A stretch of 64,000 bases of DNA, from assembly GCA_051294375.1 (NCBI GenBank), contig CM119269.1, positions 11,882,896 to 11,946,895 on the forward strand. The letters run 5' to 3'. Under the pieces are notes generated by a model. It worked only from the letters and a program-made list of their open reading frames with translations. It ran no database searches and was not told the DNA's origin. Shown one piece after another: positions 34,901 through 49,900 of this stretch. Origin of the DNA: Paraspadella gotoi. Lineage: Eukaryota > Animalia > Chaetognatha. Made by a program: the position numbers and the translations under genes. The first letter of the stretch is position 1, and each line of letters opens with the position of its first letter.

Positions 34901-37900
34901 CTCTCTTTTCCCCAGTGCTTATTCATCGAAAAAAAAATGAGTCTGCAGCTGGCTCTGCATGGGCTCTTTCTTTTTCTCTCTTTTCTCCTGCTGCTTCTGC
35001 CTTTTGATTTCTTTCTTTTCTTCTGGCTGTTTATGCTGCTGCTGCTGCTGCTGATTCATCCGAAAATAATTTGGCTTCTCTCTCTCTCTTTATCTCTCTT
35101 CGTTTTTATTAAAAAAAAATTGAATGAAGATTGAACTCGTAAAATTAGGCATCGCATTCGTGCATGTTATCATTTTGCTACCGTAACATCGGGTTTTTAT
35201 TTTATTTTTTTTCTCTCAGGGGCTGCATCTGTTTATTAGTAAAGCCAAACTTCGTCAATGGGGTGGGTCAGAAGTTTGATTTGGGAACCTTTCCAAATGA
35301 AACTTCATACATTTCTGAGAAAACTTTCAATGGACCAAAATTTTTTAAAATGGCAAGAAGCATTAGTAATTAATTTTTTAATATTTATTTATAGATAGGA
35401 AATGTCAAAAAAATTTTTTGGAATTTTTTATTTTTAAAAGCAGATTCAAGTAGCTTATGAAAAGTTATTTACACAAAGTATAATTCTTTTTTCAATATTT
35501 TCATGATAAGTGGGTTTAAATTGAGAAAAACCTTAAAAAATCATCATCATCATCATCCGATGATTTTAGCAGTTTTTACTCATTTTTAGTAATAAAACAT
35601 CAAAATTTTAAAAAGTTGTAATTATATTTTTTGCTTAACTTTTTAAGCTCTATCAGAATCAATTAAAAAACTTAAAATATCCAAAAAAAATATTTGACAT
35701 TATATAGCAATATAATAATATTAATTAGCGAAATACTCATGGTTCGGAACATTTTTGCAAAAAAATATTTTAATACAATAATTAATACCAATAATGGATT
35801 AGTTTAATGCTGTTCCCATTAAAATTTGAATTTGGTCGGCTACCGCTATTATCAGTTTATTTTTTAACAATAAATTTTTTTTTTTCAGAAACTAACTTTA
35901 ATTTTGCTTGGTACTTTATTATTTTTTTTAATTGACAATCGCAAAATAAAATTTTTTTTTCTGTTTATAAATTTTTTTTTTTCAAATTTTATTTTTTTTT
36001 AGTATCAAAATTTACCGAAAATCCAGATTTTTCTTATGCGATTGCGACGATCCTTATGCTTTTAAGATTTTTTTTCCTCTGTCTCTCTCTCTCTCTCATA
36101 TACGCATGTTTTATTTACGATGAATAATTCATCGCATCAATGAATGACTATCATCGCATCAATGAATGGACTATCATCGCATCAATGAATGACTATCATC
36201 GCATCAATGAATGACTATCATCGCATCAATGAATGACTATCATCGCATCAATGAATGACTATCATTCGCATCGATGAATGACTATCAATCGCAATCGATG
36301 AATGACTATCATCGCATCGAATGAATGACTATTCATCGCATCGATGAATGACTATCATCGCATCGATGAATGACTATCATCGCATCGATGAATGACTATC
36401 ATCGCATCGATGAATGATATCATCGCATCGATGAATGACTATTCATCGCATCGATGAATACTATCATCGCATCGTGAATGACTATCATCGCATCGATGAA
36501 TGACTATCATCGCATCGATGAATGAATATCATCGCATCATGATGAATATCATCGACATGACTTATTATCATCGCATCGATGAATTATATCATCGCATGAT
36601 GAATTATATCATCGCATCGATGAATTACTATCATCGCATCGGATGAATTACTATCATCGCATCGATGAATTACTATCATCGCATCGATGAATTACTATCA
36701 TCGCATCGATGAATTACTATCATCGCATCGATGAATTACTATCATCGCATCGATGAATTACTATCATCGCATCGATGAATTACTATCATCGCATCGATGA
36801 ATTACTATCATTCGCATCGATGAATTACTATCATCGCTACGATGAATTACTATCATCGCATCGATGAATTACTATCATCGCATCGATGAATTACTATCAT
36901 CGCATCGATGAATTACTATCATCGCATCGATGAATTACTATCATCGCATCGATGAATTACTATCATCGCATCGATGAATTACTATCATCGCATCGATGAA
37001 TTACTATCATCGCATCGATGAATTACTATCATCGCATCGATGAATTATATCATCGCATCGATGAATTACTATCATCGCATCGATGAATTACTATCATCGC
37101 ATCGATGAATTACTATCATCGCATCGATGAATTACTATCATCGCATCGATGATTACTATCATCGCATCGATTGAATTACTATCATCGCATCGATGAATTA
37201 CTATCATCTGCATCGATGAATTACTATCATGGCATCGATGAATTACTATCATGGCATCGATGAATTACTATCATGGCATCGATGAATTACTATCATGGCA
37301 TCGATGAATTACTATCTGGATCGATGAATTACTATCATGGCATCGATGAATTACTATCATGGCATCGATGAATACTATCATCGCATCAGTGAATTACTAT
37401 CATCGATCATGATTACTATCATCGCATCAATGAATTACTATCATCGCATCAATCATTTGGTTATCATCGCATCAATCATTTGGTTATCATGTGGCAAGGC
37501 ATCGGATGTTCACCACAGCGTGACAGAGATGCAGAAGACAGACTGGAGTCACATGACTAAGATGAGTGTATCAGAGATATTCACATTGCAGGGAAAGTGT
37601 GACGGTTTAATCTTTGTTGAATTAGATTAGATTGTTTATTCTTTGTTGAATTATATTTGAAGATAAAATCGGATTTATACCAAATAGATTTAGATTGGTA
37701 TCTTGATTGATTCAATTGATTTCTATCAGAGTTTGAACAAGGATTTTTCTCATCTTATTTGTAATGTATTGAATTACATTTAGGTGTGAATAAAAGTGGC
37801 AAATCATTTGATCAGTTTATTTTCAGATGAGATACAAGCAGAGTGAAGAATTAGAAATATCAATCAATAAGGAAAACAATCAAAATCAGATGTTTTTTCT

Positions 37901-40900
37901 GGCGGGAAAACATCTGGGGTTTCTCCGGTAAATCAAATGAAAACAAAAGATTTCAGAATATCTGATTTGACTACAATCATCGCATCAATCATTTGGTTAT
38001 TATCGCATCAATAAAAGGTTATCTAGGACTAAGCTCTGACAAAAAAAGCCAGAGTTTTTTTTAATATATTTTTTTACCGGCTAATGTAGAATGATGGCAA
38101 TATTGCTATTTTAAGTTTCCAAAAAATCCGATCATAAATATAAAAAATATTAACCAAAATCTTCGGAAAATCCACCGCTTTGAAAGATTTTCGCCATCAT
38201 CTCGAACAAAAACTCGTACGTTTTTAAAATCGGCGAATAAACAAATGATTTTCGCTTACAAAGTTTTTATTCGTTACTGAATTCCGATCGAATAAAAAAA
38301 AATTTAAAATTTTTTTAAAAAATCTATTTCCGTTTTTTGTTAAAGTTTTCGATCTTATACATTCATAATTTTTAGGATGGAAAATACTTTTTTTGAAAAT
38401 GTATATGAAATTGGTACAACCAATATAAAAATTATCTATTCATTTAATAATTAGGCTATCTTGCCTATGACTTGGACAGGCTTTGGTGGTTTAAGGCCTC
38501 CATCACTCTTACAAGAAATAGCAGGTCTCTGCAAGCTTTTAATGAAGACTCTCTCACAGTCTCGTTTATACACTATTGTAATGGGCAAAAACAATCATAA
38601 TTATTAGCATTTTACCATAATTCTTTAGACACACTACGAATAAGTAAGAGGATACGAAGTGAAAAAGAATCAAATTATAATGAAAACAATATTTTTAAAC
38701 AATTTTAAATGTCAAATAACAAAAGTAAACCGGAAGCGCAGAGATGAGTCAGATGACCGCCCCCAGTAAGATCTGGCAAAACGCTGCGTCGTTAGGTGGC
38801 CTGAATCCCAGCGAAGAGAGACAATCTCTGAGGGCGATGAGCCGAGAAAAAGCGAGCGTTGGAACAAGGATCTCGGCGAGACCGGGAGTTGTGACGAGTC
38901 GATGATGCACACTGATGCACAGTGATGAGGCACAGTGATGAGGCTGTAAACCAAGGAGAAAACGACCAACGTGATCCAAATTATTATTTTTTCTTTTATA
39001 TCCGTTTCACTAATCATAATTTAATCAAAAACCTGATTAAACTATGAAAGCGCAAAAAATTTTATTATAAAGTATTGTCGGTTTGAAACACAAGTCGGTC
39101 AGCCCCAATCCCAATGTTTTACCAACTGCAATACTTAAAAGACTTTATAATTTATATCTTTAAAAAATGATAATTTTACTGTAATGGTAATTTTTTGTAA
39201 ATCAATGTTTCATCAAACATAATCAAATTTTAATGAGAAAAGCATTAAACTAATTTTTAATTGGCTTCAGCAAGAAATGGAACCGCCAAAAACTTTTGAT
39301 GAAGTCTTGTCGGTTGACAATTATTTTACCAATATTTTACCAACTGCAATACTTTATATCTTAAATAATTTTAATCTAACAGTAATTTTGTTGTCAATCA
39401 ACGTTTCATTTAACATATTTAAAATACAAACCTGAAAAGATATTCAAATAAAACAATGAATTTGTTGAAGTTGAAACTCCAGTAGTTATTATTTTCAATG
39501 TTTGGAAATCTGTTCTTTGACAGATTCGTTGATTCAGGACCAAAAAGAAAAAAAAAAACACGAAAAAAAGGATTTCGGACGCGGTAAGATCTATTCGATT
39601 CGATTAACGATCTTTTAAAAACGTACGAGGTTTTGTTCGGGATGAAAAGATTTTTCCCGAATCTGACTCCCAGTTGAAAACTCTTAGAATTACGATCGTT
39701 AGCTCCTCTTTTACTTTTACTTTAAATAAAAATTTTACCAAAATGGACAAATTCACTTTACCATGATCGTATCATATTAAAAGAACTAAATAAAATATAA
39801 AGAAAAATTTTGAGAGCCCTTCAGACATATGGTTATCGGATTCCTGAATTTAAAGTTTAATGTAAAATCACAACATATGTTAAATGCATTGAAATTGTAT
39901 TGAAGTTAAGAAATCCCTTTATAGATAGACAAGTTATCTGGTCGTTTATAATGTTATTTTAAATATTTTTACATTTACTGATAGGAAATGATGTCAATAT
40001 TGTTGATGTAACATTTCAAATCAATCGACCCACGCGTTGAAAAATAATCAACAAAAAATGGTCATTTTCCACGCCCAATTTTTAAAACAAATCTGCGTTC
40101 GTTAAATTTTCTTTTTGGTTCCACTTAAATTTTTAGCTTTTGCCGAGTGACTTCATTGGTAATAAAAAAATTGATTTTCTTTGATATCTTTTGAACTAAA
40201 AATGATAGAACGATGAGACTGGTATCATATTAAAGCCATAATTATGGGGCATCTTTTCCATATAATTTTTCTCAAATATTTCCACGGATTTTTTAAAAAT
40301 CTGGATCGGAATCTTAGTCAAAAGTATAACAACTTTTGAAATTAAATTAAACACACTTGCTGTATTTAAAAAAATAAATGAATATAGATTCTGAAAGAGA
40401 AAAGATTGAATTATGTTTCTGATATAAACAAAAATTTTCTATACCTCAAATGTTTATATAATTACTAAGGATAATGAATTATCATTTTGTTGAAAACAAA
40501 AAAATTTAAAAAATTCATGAAGGAACCTTAAAAAACATATGATTTAAATATGAAAATTTAGGAGTTCAAACTTTGTTCCGGCTGATTTAAAAACTACTGA
40601 CATAGGGCTAAAAGGCTATATTATCAGATTTTTAAATTTTTGTCATCTTCAGGTACAAATTAAAACCTTTGCATAATGCCCATTAGCTATATTAATATAA
40701 CTATTTTTATTAAAAAAAGCTTAACAATCTTTTAATAACACGCAAATGCATGTAGCTGTATGGTAAAATTGTTGTTTTTATTTTTTATTATAATACAAGG
40801 CTTTTATCAATAAAGGGGTAAATTGCAAAGAAAATAAGTTATTTCAAAACTCCATATTGATACTATGATATCAATGAATTTTCTTTGTTCCGGCAATGAA

Positions 40901-43900
40901 ATGTACCTAAGACATTGTAGTTTCATTAGCTAATCTTTATTTTTATATTTTTAAAGGGCATGTTTGGCAAAAACAGTAAAAAACAAAAATGACAACAAAT
41001 TTTGAGAAAAAAATTTGATTAATTGCTATTATTTCTTACTATGTCGTCAATTTATTTTTTTCGTTATGTGCTTGAAAGTTAGGCTAAACCCAACAGAATC
41101 GGAATCAGTGCATGACCGCTGTATATTTAATTGACTTATACAGTAAATACCGCAAAATAAAAAAAATTTAAAAAGAATTCGGACCAAGCGTCGTGTTTAT
41201 TTTCAGTATTTTTTAGTCAAGACCTTTATGGATTTTCTTTGTTCCGGCGGCGTTGGATAGCCCAAACACTGCAGTTTCAGAAATCATCCATGGTTTTGTA
41301 ATATTTACTGCGCTACTGGTGCAAAAATTGCTAGGAACCAAAATTATCAGAAACCGCTTCGTTCTTTCGGATTTTTTTTTAAGCGCGGAGCGACATATCT
41401 ACCCTTTATTTTATATATAAAAATTGCGTCGAAAATTTTTTCCTGAGCGGACAGTCCATTTGAATCTGATCGTTTGATGTCAAAATGATGGTTATGTCAA
41501 AAGAAAAAAAATGCGAGCCCTTCAGATGCAACAGGATCGGAATCGAGTGATTTTACATCTATTTTTTACCTGAATTTTTTCCAGGGGGTTTACATAGTTT
41601 GGTAGTCAGATTTTAGCAAAAATCTCTATTGAAAAAGTCTTCCTCGATTCCTAAGAACGACGTATACTCCGAGGTTATCAAGGCATCAATAAATTATTAT
41701 TACATCAATCAATCAATCATTTAATTATTATTACATCAATAATTCTTTATCACATCAATCTTTCATTTTTTTTCCAGATTTTTTCATTAATTTTTTTTGA
41801 TAGTAACGTCTGGAGAGATCACTATACTTTTAAGATTTTTTAAATCATTATTAAAGATTGTTCCCCGTTTAGTCACTTAAATTTTTGCTTGCCTACTTTC
41901 TGGTGTTGTTTATGCTGTGTGAAAGATTTTAAAATGAAAATATATGATGTTTATGATTAGATGTACATAACAATACAATTTATCCTTAAACAAGTTTGAG
42001 CAAATAATGTCGGATCTGCCCACGATCATTATCGGTAATTAAATAATTAATTAATAATTAATTAATTCAAGTTAATTAATTAGTCAATTAAATAATTAAC
42101 TTGATCCGAAATGTTTGTTTTGATTGATTAATTGACTGATTAAATAATAATATAATAATTAATTGACTAATTGATTAATTAACTGATTAATTATTTGATT
42201 AATTTATACATCTTGCAATTGCATTTACATTTTATATAAAAAGAAGATATAATCAATTAGTGAAACAGGTTTTTTTGTTTTTTCCATTTAAACTCATTTT
42301 CACTCAAACGATTCCATCGAAACTTGATTTTCAGCTTAATCACACACTTTCCTACCCACATACAAATTTCAGGTCAAATAATGAAATCTATTTTTTTGTT
42401 TTTTCCATTTAAACTCATTTTCACTTGGACGATTCCATCGAAACTTCATATCCAGCTTAATCACACATTTCCCTAACCGCATACAAAACTTCATTCCAAT
42501 CCATCCATCCAATCACGAGTAATTTATCATAATTTATCATAATTCAATGTTCTGACATGAAATAAGTTAATGCCCGATAAGATTGAGGGGGCGGACCGAC
42601 GGACCGACAAAGTGAGTCGGGATCTGCTTATAAGCATATCCGACTAAAAAAGAAGTAATCCCTCCCATTTTGTTATTTATCTATTATTATATTAACAAGT
42701 ATTGTTAATTTATGAACAGATAGAAGTAATAAAAATATTAACATAATAATAAAAATAAAAAATATAGAATTTGTAATATATAATTTTATTGATTATTATA
42801 AAACCTAAGACTTAAATCTGTGAAACAAGTAATTTTGCAATTTTCATATTATATCGATAAAAATTGACTTTTCCAGGCGAAAAAGTTAGAGATGGATTCG
42901 ATATCGGCGGGAAACTCTCTCTCGAAATCTCGAAAATACGACGCAAAATTCGTTGCTCACGAAGAATTCGGGGACAGAAGAGAAAACGTCATCTCGGCTC
43001 GAAGTTATTTCTACGAGTCTGAGATGTCGTGCGATAAGAACATGGGGATATTCATGGATTGCATCGACGCCGTCAAAGGTCTATCGTCATTCTCTTTCTA
43101 AAGATGCTTGATTTTTTACGTTTATATTTTTTATTTTTTACGCAGTTTTTAATTAACTCGCTTTAATTGGTATAACAAGGTACTACCGGTGGGACAGGCC
43201 TCGCCGCGGTCAAGCTCACTGCTTTGGGCCGGCCTCAGCTTTTGATTAATCTCTCTCAAGTTTTGATACAAAATAAAAAGTTTTACGACGAACAAAAAAG
43301 ATTGTTAAAGAAAACGGAAGATGTTGTTTTTGACGAACTTACCGACAAATCGATGAAAAGGAAATTGGTAAGTTTTGGTTGGCAGTGCCTTTTTTTGCAC
43401 ATCTCGTAACGCTTTTGCACGTACGTGGCGTCGTCGTCGTGGTCGGCGTTCCAATTTATAGATCGCCTTTTGGAAGATTAAATTTGGGTGTATGAAGCTA
43501 AAAATTTATATACAGCTTCTCAACATCGAGGTCCTTGAAATTGAGTGAGGACGTTTATTAAATAAGTTTTGTTTACGTTTTATTAAAACAAACAAATTTT
43601 CTATTTTTGTATTTATGTCTCTTTCTCTCTCTCTTTTCTCTTTTAATTATATGTAGCTCTCTCTCTTTTCCCCAGTCGCTGATTTCTTGGACTCTGCAGG
43701 GGCTTCTCTTTTCTTTTCTCTTCTCTTCTCTCTTCTCTTCTCTCTTCTCTTCTCTTTCTCTTTTCTCCTGCTGCTTCTGCTGATTCGTCTGAAAATGATT
43801 TGGCTTCTCTCTCTCTCTCTTTTTTTTTTCCTTTCTATTCTTTCTTTCCTTTCTATTCTTTCTTTCCTTTCTATTGCTGTAGTTTTTCACATAAGTGGCG

Positions 43901-46900
43901 TCGTCGTCGGGGCGTTCCAAATTATAAATCGCCTTTTTTATGATTAAATTTGGGTGTATGAAGCTGAAAATTTATATACAGCTTCTCATCATCGATGTGC
44001 TTAAAATTGAGTCTGAACAGTTATTAAATATGTTTTGTTTACGTTTTATCAAAACAAACAAATCTCTCTCTTTTATATTTCTTTTTCTCTCTCTTTTCTC
44101 TTTTAATTATATGTCTCTTTCCCTCTCTCTTTTCCCTAGTCACTGATTCATGGGAAAAAACGAGTCTGCAGCTTGCTCTGCAGAAACTTATTCTTTTTCT
44201 CTCTTTTTTCCTGCTGCCTTTTGAGTCTGCAGCTGGCTCTGCAGGGGCTCTCTCTTTTTCTTTCTTTTCTCCTGCTGCTTCTGCTGCTGCCTTTTGATTT
44301 CTTTTTTTTTCTCTCTTTCTCTGTCTCTCTCTGCGTTTTTATTTAAAAAAAAATTGCATTAGGATTGAACTCGTAAAATTAGGCATCGTATTCGTGCATG
44401 TTATCCTTTTGCTATCGCAACATCGGGTTTTTATTTCGTTTTTTTTTTCTCAGGTGCTGCGTCTGCTGATTAGTTTATTTTTTAACAATGACAATTTTTT
44501 TGTTCATTTTTTTTCAGAAACTGTAACTTTAATTTAGCTTGGTACTTTATTATTTTTTTTAATTGACAATCGCAAAATAGAATTTTTTTTTCTGTTTATA
44601 AATTAATTTTCTTTTCTCAAATTTTATTTTTTTTAGTATCAAAATATGTTGTCAATCCAGATTTTTCTTATGTGATTGCGACGATCCTTATGCTTTTAAG
44701 ATTTTTTCCTTTCTATTCTTTTTTATCGTCGCAATCGCTAAGCGCATAAGTGGCGTCGTCGTCGTTGTCGTCGTCGTCGTCGGCGTTCCAAATTATAGAT
44801 CGCCTTTTTTATGATTAAATTTGGGTGTATGAAGCTGAAAATTTATATACAGCTTCTCATCATTGATGTGCTTAAAATTGAGTCTGGACAGTTATTAAAT
44901 ATGTTTTGTAGGGAAAAAAAACGAGTCTGCAGCTGGCTCTGCAGGGGCTTATTCTTTTTCTCTCTTTTCTCCTGCTGCTTCTGCCTTTTGATTTCTTTAT
45001 CTGCAGTTGGCTCTGCAGGGGCTCTTTCTTTTTCTCTTTATTCTCCTGCTGCTTCTGCAGCTGTCTTTTGATTTCTTTCTCTCTTTCTCTGATTATTTTT
45101 TTCTTTCTAAAAACTTTTATTATCGCCATTTATTTTTTTCACTCTTTCTCTCTCTCTGCGTTTTTATTTAAAAAAAAATTTGAATTAGGATTGAACTCGT
45201 AANNNNNNNNNNCGTCAATCCAGATTTTTCTTATGCTATTGCGATGATCCTTATGCTTTTAAGACTTTTTCCTTTCTATTCTTTCTTTCCTTTCTATTCT
45301 TTCTTTCCTTTTTATCCTTTCTTTCTTTTCTATTCTTTTTTTCATTTCTATTCTTTTTTTCCTTTCTATTCTTTCTTTTCTTTCTATTTTTTTTTTCATT
45401 TCTTTTCTTTTCTTTCTTTCCTTTCTTTTCTTTCTTTATATTTATTCTTTTTTTTTTCTTTGTTTATAAATTAATTTTCTTTTATAAAATATGATTTTTT
45501 TTAGTATTAAAATTTGTCGTCAATCCAGATTCACCATAACAATGCATAATCATTAACCTGTTTTTTTTTTTAACCATGCAGTCGAAAATTTTCACAATCC
45601 TGTACAGTTTCTAGTATAATTTTAAGTGCTTAAAACGATTAACAAGGTGTCGTCAATCAGATTTTGCATTAGACCTACGCACAATTTACCGGAAGTTGGC
45701 GTGGACTACAATATGGAATTTTTCTTTTTACTACAAATGAAAAGTTAGGCAGTTGATTTTTACTTATCCCGCAATTAGAATATTTTTTTAATAAGCAGTA
45801 CTTAGACAAAAAATGTTCAAAAAAAGGTTTTCATCAATAGTGGGCATGTCCCAAACCGGAAATAGCCGGAAGTTAGACCCTTTTTTCATAAAGTTTTTTT
45901 TGTAAATCTTTAGAGGAATACCTTATTTTTAAGTTTTTCCAGGTGAAGGAGAAAAGAAACAATAAGTTAATCAGATTTATAATTTTCTTTTCTTTTCCTT
46001 AAAAAAATAAAAAAAAAAATAATATTAATTCTGAATTTTAACAGTTACTAAGAAACAAATCTTTTGTAACTGATATTTATTTTGTCTATTTAGAGCTATG
46101 ATAGTTTTTTATGATATATATGATAATTCTTTGTGATACAACTACCATATGACAATAAAAATCATTATATTTATAGTAGATCAAAAATTATTATTATTGC
46201 GTATTTTATCAGTTTTTGAGTGTCATTTCCGGTTTTGGACACGCCCACTATGGGTAGGAACCTTTTAAAAAAAAATTTAAAGTAAAAATTATTTTTTTTA
46301 TAAAACTATTTTTCTATCTTGCAATTAAAAAAAAGAGAAAAATTCCATGTTGTAGTCAACGTTAACTTACGGTCAATTGTGTGTGGGTCTAATGCAAAAT
46401 CTGATTGAGGACACCTTGTTAAAAGTTTTAAGCACTTAAAATTATTCTAGAAACTGAACAGGATTGTGAAAATTTTCAACTGCATGGTTTAAAAAAAACA
46501 GTGTAAGCTATAATGAATCTACACTGAATTTGAAGAGTTGCAGCCTAAATAGCCATAGCCGATGAAATTTAAATGCTAATGTATACAGCGTTAAAATAAT
46601 CTATCATGACCATAGGTTATGGTATTCAAATATTTTTTGTCAAAAATGCTTTCTTCTGAGGGTACTCGCCTAATTAAAAATATTATATTACTATATAGAG
46701 CAAAAAATATTTTTTCAAATCTTAAAATTTTTTGATGGATTCTGATAGAGCATAAAAAGTTAAACAAGAAATATAATTACAGCTTTTAAAAATTCTTACG
46801 TTTTCTCAGTGAAAATATAAAAAAACTGATAAAATCATCGAAAGATGATGAAGACGATGATTTTTTATAGTTTTTCTTATTTTTAACACACTTATCGTAA

Positions 46901-49900
46901 AAATATTTAAAAAAGAATCATACTTTGTGTAGAGAACTTTTTATAAGCTATCTGAATCTGGTCTTAAAATTTAAAAACAATTTTTTGGCCTTTCCTATCT
47001 ATAAATATATATTAAAAAATTAATTACTAGGGTATAGAGCCATATTAGAAATTTTTGGTCCATTGAAAGTATTCTTAAAAATGTCTAATTATTCGTTTGA
47101 GCATGTACTCGCTCAAAATTTTTGACTCACCCCATTGAGTGCGGCTACCCCTAGCCTAAACGACTGCAACAATATTGATTTAAAAATTTGATTAGCAATC
47201 TTAAAATCATTTGTAAAAATGTAATAGAGACATTTTGATAAACGCGTTCCAGTTAGGAAGAATTCAGGGTTAAAGTTTAAAAACGTTTCATTTTCAAGGA
47301 TACAAGTTGAAATTTAAAAATGTCTCTCTATTACATTTTTCTAATTCAGTAATAAAAAATTCATAAAAAATATCAGATGGATTGGCTTTTTCGTTTGACC
47401 TGCAACTCTTCAGATAGGTGAATACATTTTTGGAATCGCCAGGAGCTCAGCTTTCTGAATCTCCATTTTGGGCTATATTGAAGTTGATTTGAATGACCCT
47501 TTTTCTTAAGATTTTTTTTTAGAGGAAGCGTTCGTTAGATTATTGGCTTAATTATTTTATATTTCGGTACATAGGCTCTATTTATTATAAATACACTAGT
47601 ATATGGGCAATTAAACTGTTTGGACTTTGGGGTAAGAACCCCAAAGTTTTCGTTAGCGATATATCCGTATAAATGTCATTGGCTGGCCCTATCAAGAGCA
47701 AAAATTAATGTTCCTTTTTCTTGTGGATTTAAAACCTTAAGCCAGATATACCTTTCTGCGCTGAGGTACGTGTTCTGAATTTTTAACCGTAGCTTGGAGC
47801 GAATTTATTTTGATTGAAGTCGCATGTTGTGGTCGTCGGTTTGCAGGGTTGGCATTAAAAAACCCACCAAAAAAAAAAAAACCCGGCTAAAAAAATACAA
47901 AAAACCTACTAAAAAACCCACTAAATTTGGTTTTTTTTTAAATTACTTAATTTTTTAATATGAAACATTAAACTGTTAAAACAAAAATTAAAATCATATA
48001 AGATATATCATTTCTACAAAGCTTAATATATAATTTAATGATAAAAAATAACCCTAAACCTATATTTTACATGTTTACTATCAGTATCACTTTCGTTGAT
48101 GGCTTCTGTACCATTTTCCTTATATTAAGTAATCCTAATCGTGAATCGCAATTCATGTTAAGAGCGACACACTTTAGAAATGATTGCTATTCTCTCATTA
48201 TTTTACACAAGGTTTGGATTCTTTTAAAGCTATTTATCAAAAAAAATTAAACTTCAATATAATTATATATTTCAATATTTGTCACACGTTAAAGAATTCT
48301 CTGAAAAGGTATCCTAACCAGGAGTAAAGTAACGAGAATGCAGGAAAATAATATTTTATTAAATTAACTCAAATATTTTATCCAAACATCAAAATTTATT
48401 TTTAGTCCAAAAGACAAGTTAGTTCGGCAAAAACATGTACTAAAGATGTACTTCGATTTTTAATGTATTGGTAATGATGCATATTTATATCAAATTATTT
48501 TGAGTATTTAATTACTATTTTCTAATAAAATTAAGTTTATACACTTTTTTCATAACAGGTTTTATTCAGAAAATATAACATTTATATTTATTACATTTCA
48601 GTTTACCATAAAAATAGTAATTAATTAATACTATTTATTAAATATAATCAGTATATTTTTATATATTTTTATCAGTAATCACTTAAGAAGTATAAATATT
48701 TTAAATTTGTATCTTAAAAAGAATTAATATGACAGTCTGCTATCTCTAATTGAAAAAACCAAAAAAAAAACAATAAAACTAAAAAAAAAAAACCCAAAAA
48801 AATCCAGTGGGCTGGGTTTTTTAAAAAAACCCAGGTTTTTGCCAACCCAGTCGGTTTGTGCCGCAAAACAACATTCCTGTTTTAATGTTATCCACGATTC
48901 ACCGCCCACGAAAACATTATTTTGCTTAGCAATTGCATCGCAATTTTTTTTAAAAATTACATGGGTTATATGGGTTATACACCAACCGAGCCAATCGGCT
49001 ATTCTAGATTTCCGGTTTTTTTTTCTTTCGGGCAGAAAAATTTTGTGATACTATTTAGGAAGCAAATCTGATTGGTAATATGGAGAGCTTGGAAAATGAC
49101 GTTATCAAATCTTAACTGTTAAAAAGTTGAGGTTTAGATACAGAGGCTTTGATTTTCTTATATCGAGACATAGAAATGTGCTAACGAGCGACTCTTCTTA
49201 TATTATTATATTTTTACGACTGTTATGGTGGACTAAAATCCACCAACTGTTCATCAGCGGCCTTTAGTGCCGGAGGCAAGTCATTCGCCTCCCAACCCAA
49301 AAAGATCCGGGGTTCTAACCCGGTGGTCGCCAAGCAGTTAAGAGGGACAAGGCGCTTAACCCGCCTGTAAAACGGTGTTACAGCCTGATCCAAAGCTCAG
49401 GGACTGCTTATATTGAACGGTTCTGTCACTAATACATAACAATAATTACTGTCTCTTCACTGTTTAGATAATCCTTAACTCAGTCGCTTTGTTTTTTTTT
49501 ATTCGTAAATAATCCAAGATTTAGTTTATTTGCAAGCGTAATTTCGAATTTTTGATTTAAGTTGCATTCTAATTATAAATATTATCCGCTTCACCCACTA
49601 ATAATTGAATTAAAAACAACAGGAATATTCTGCTGTGAAGTTCAACCAAGAATCTCGAACGGAAGAAGGATCTGATTACATCCCCGTCCCCGCGATACAA
49701 GACGAAGGCATCACAGTCGTCGCCGTCGATGAAGAAGGTCACCGCAGCAAAGATCTCCTCAGCTGGAAATCTCTACGCGACATCAACGCCAGTCTCGCTC
49801 CATTGTTCACCGTCACCAATCCGCAAACAGGTAAGCGAGGCCGTTTCCCGTGACTGTTAGACAAGGTCCGACTTAAAAGTATTCAACTAGAGATTCCTTA

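Noticed and set aside
36118-37489. CRISPR array or 5.8S rRNA fragment (GCATCGATGAA matches a conserved 5.8S motif)
   Set aside because: There are no unique spacers or cas genes and the context is a eukaryotic intron. The rRNA match is only 11 nt with no flanking similarity.
43573-45474. Phe/Leu/Ser-rich or Lys/Arg/Glu-rich ORFs (also 1824-2072, 9736-10053 and 62496-62693)
   Set aside because: They are translations of pyrimidine or purine microsatellites inside repeats.
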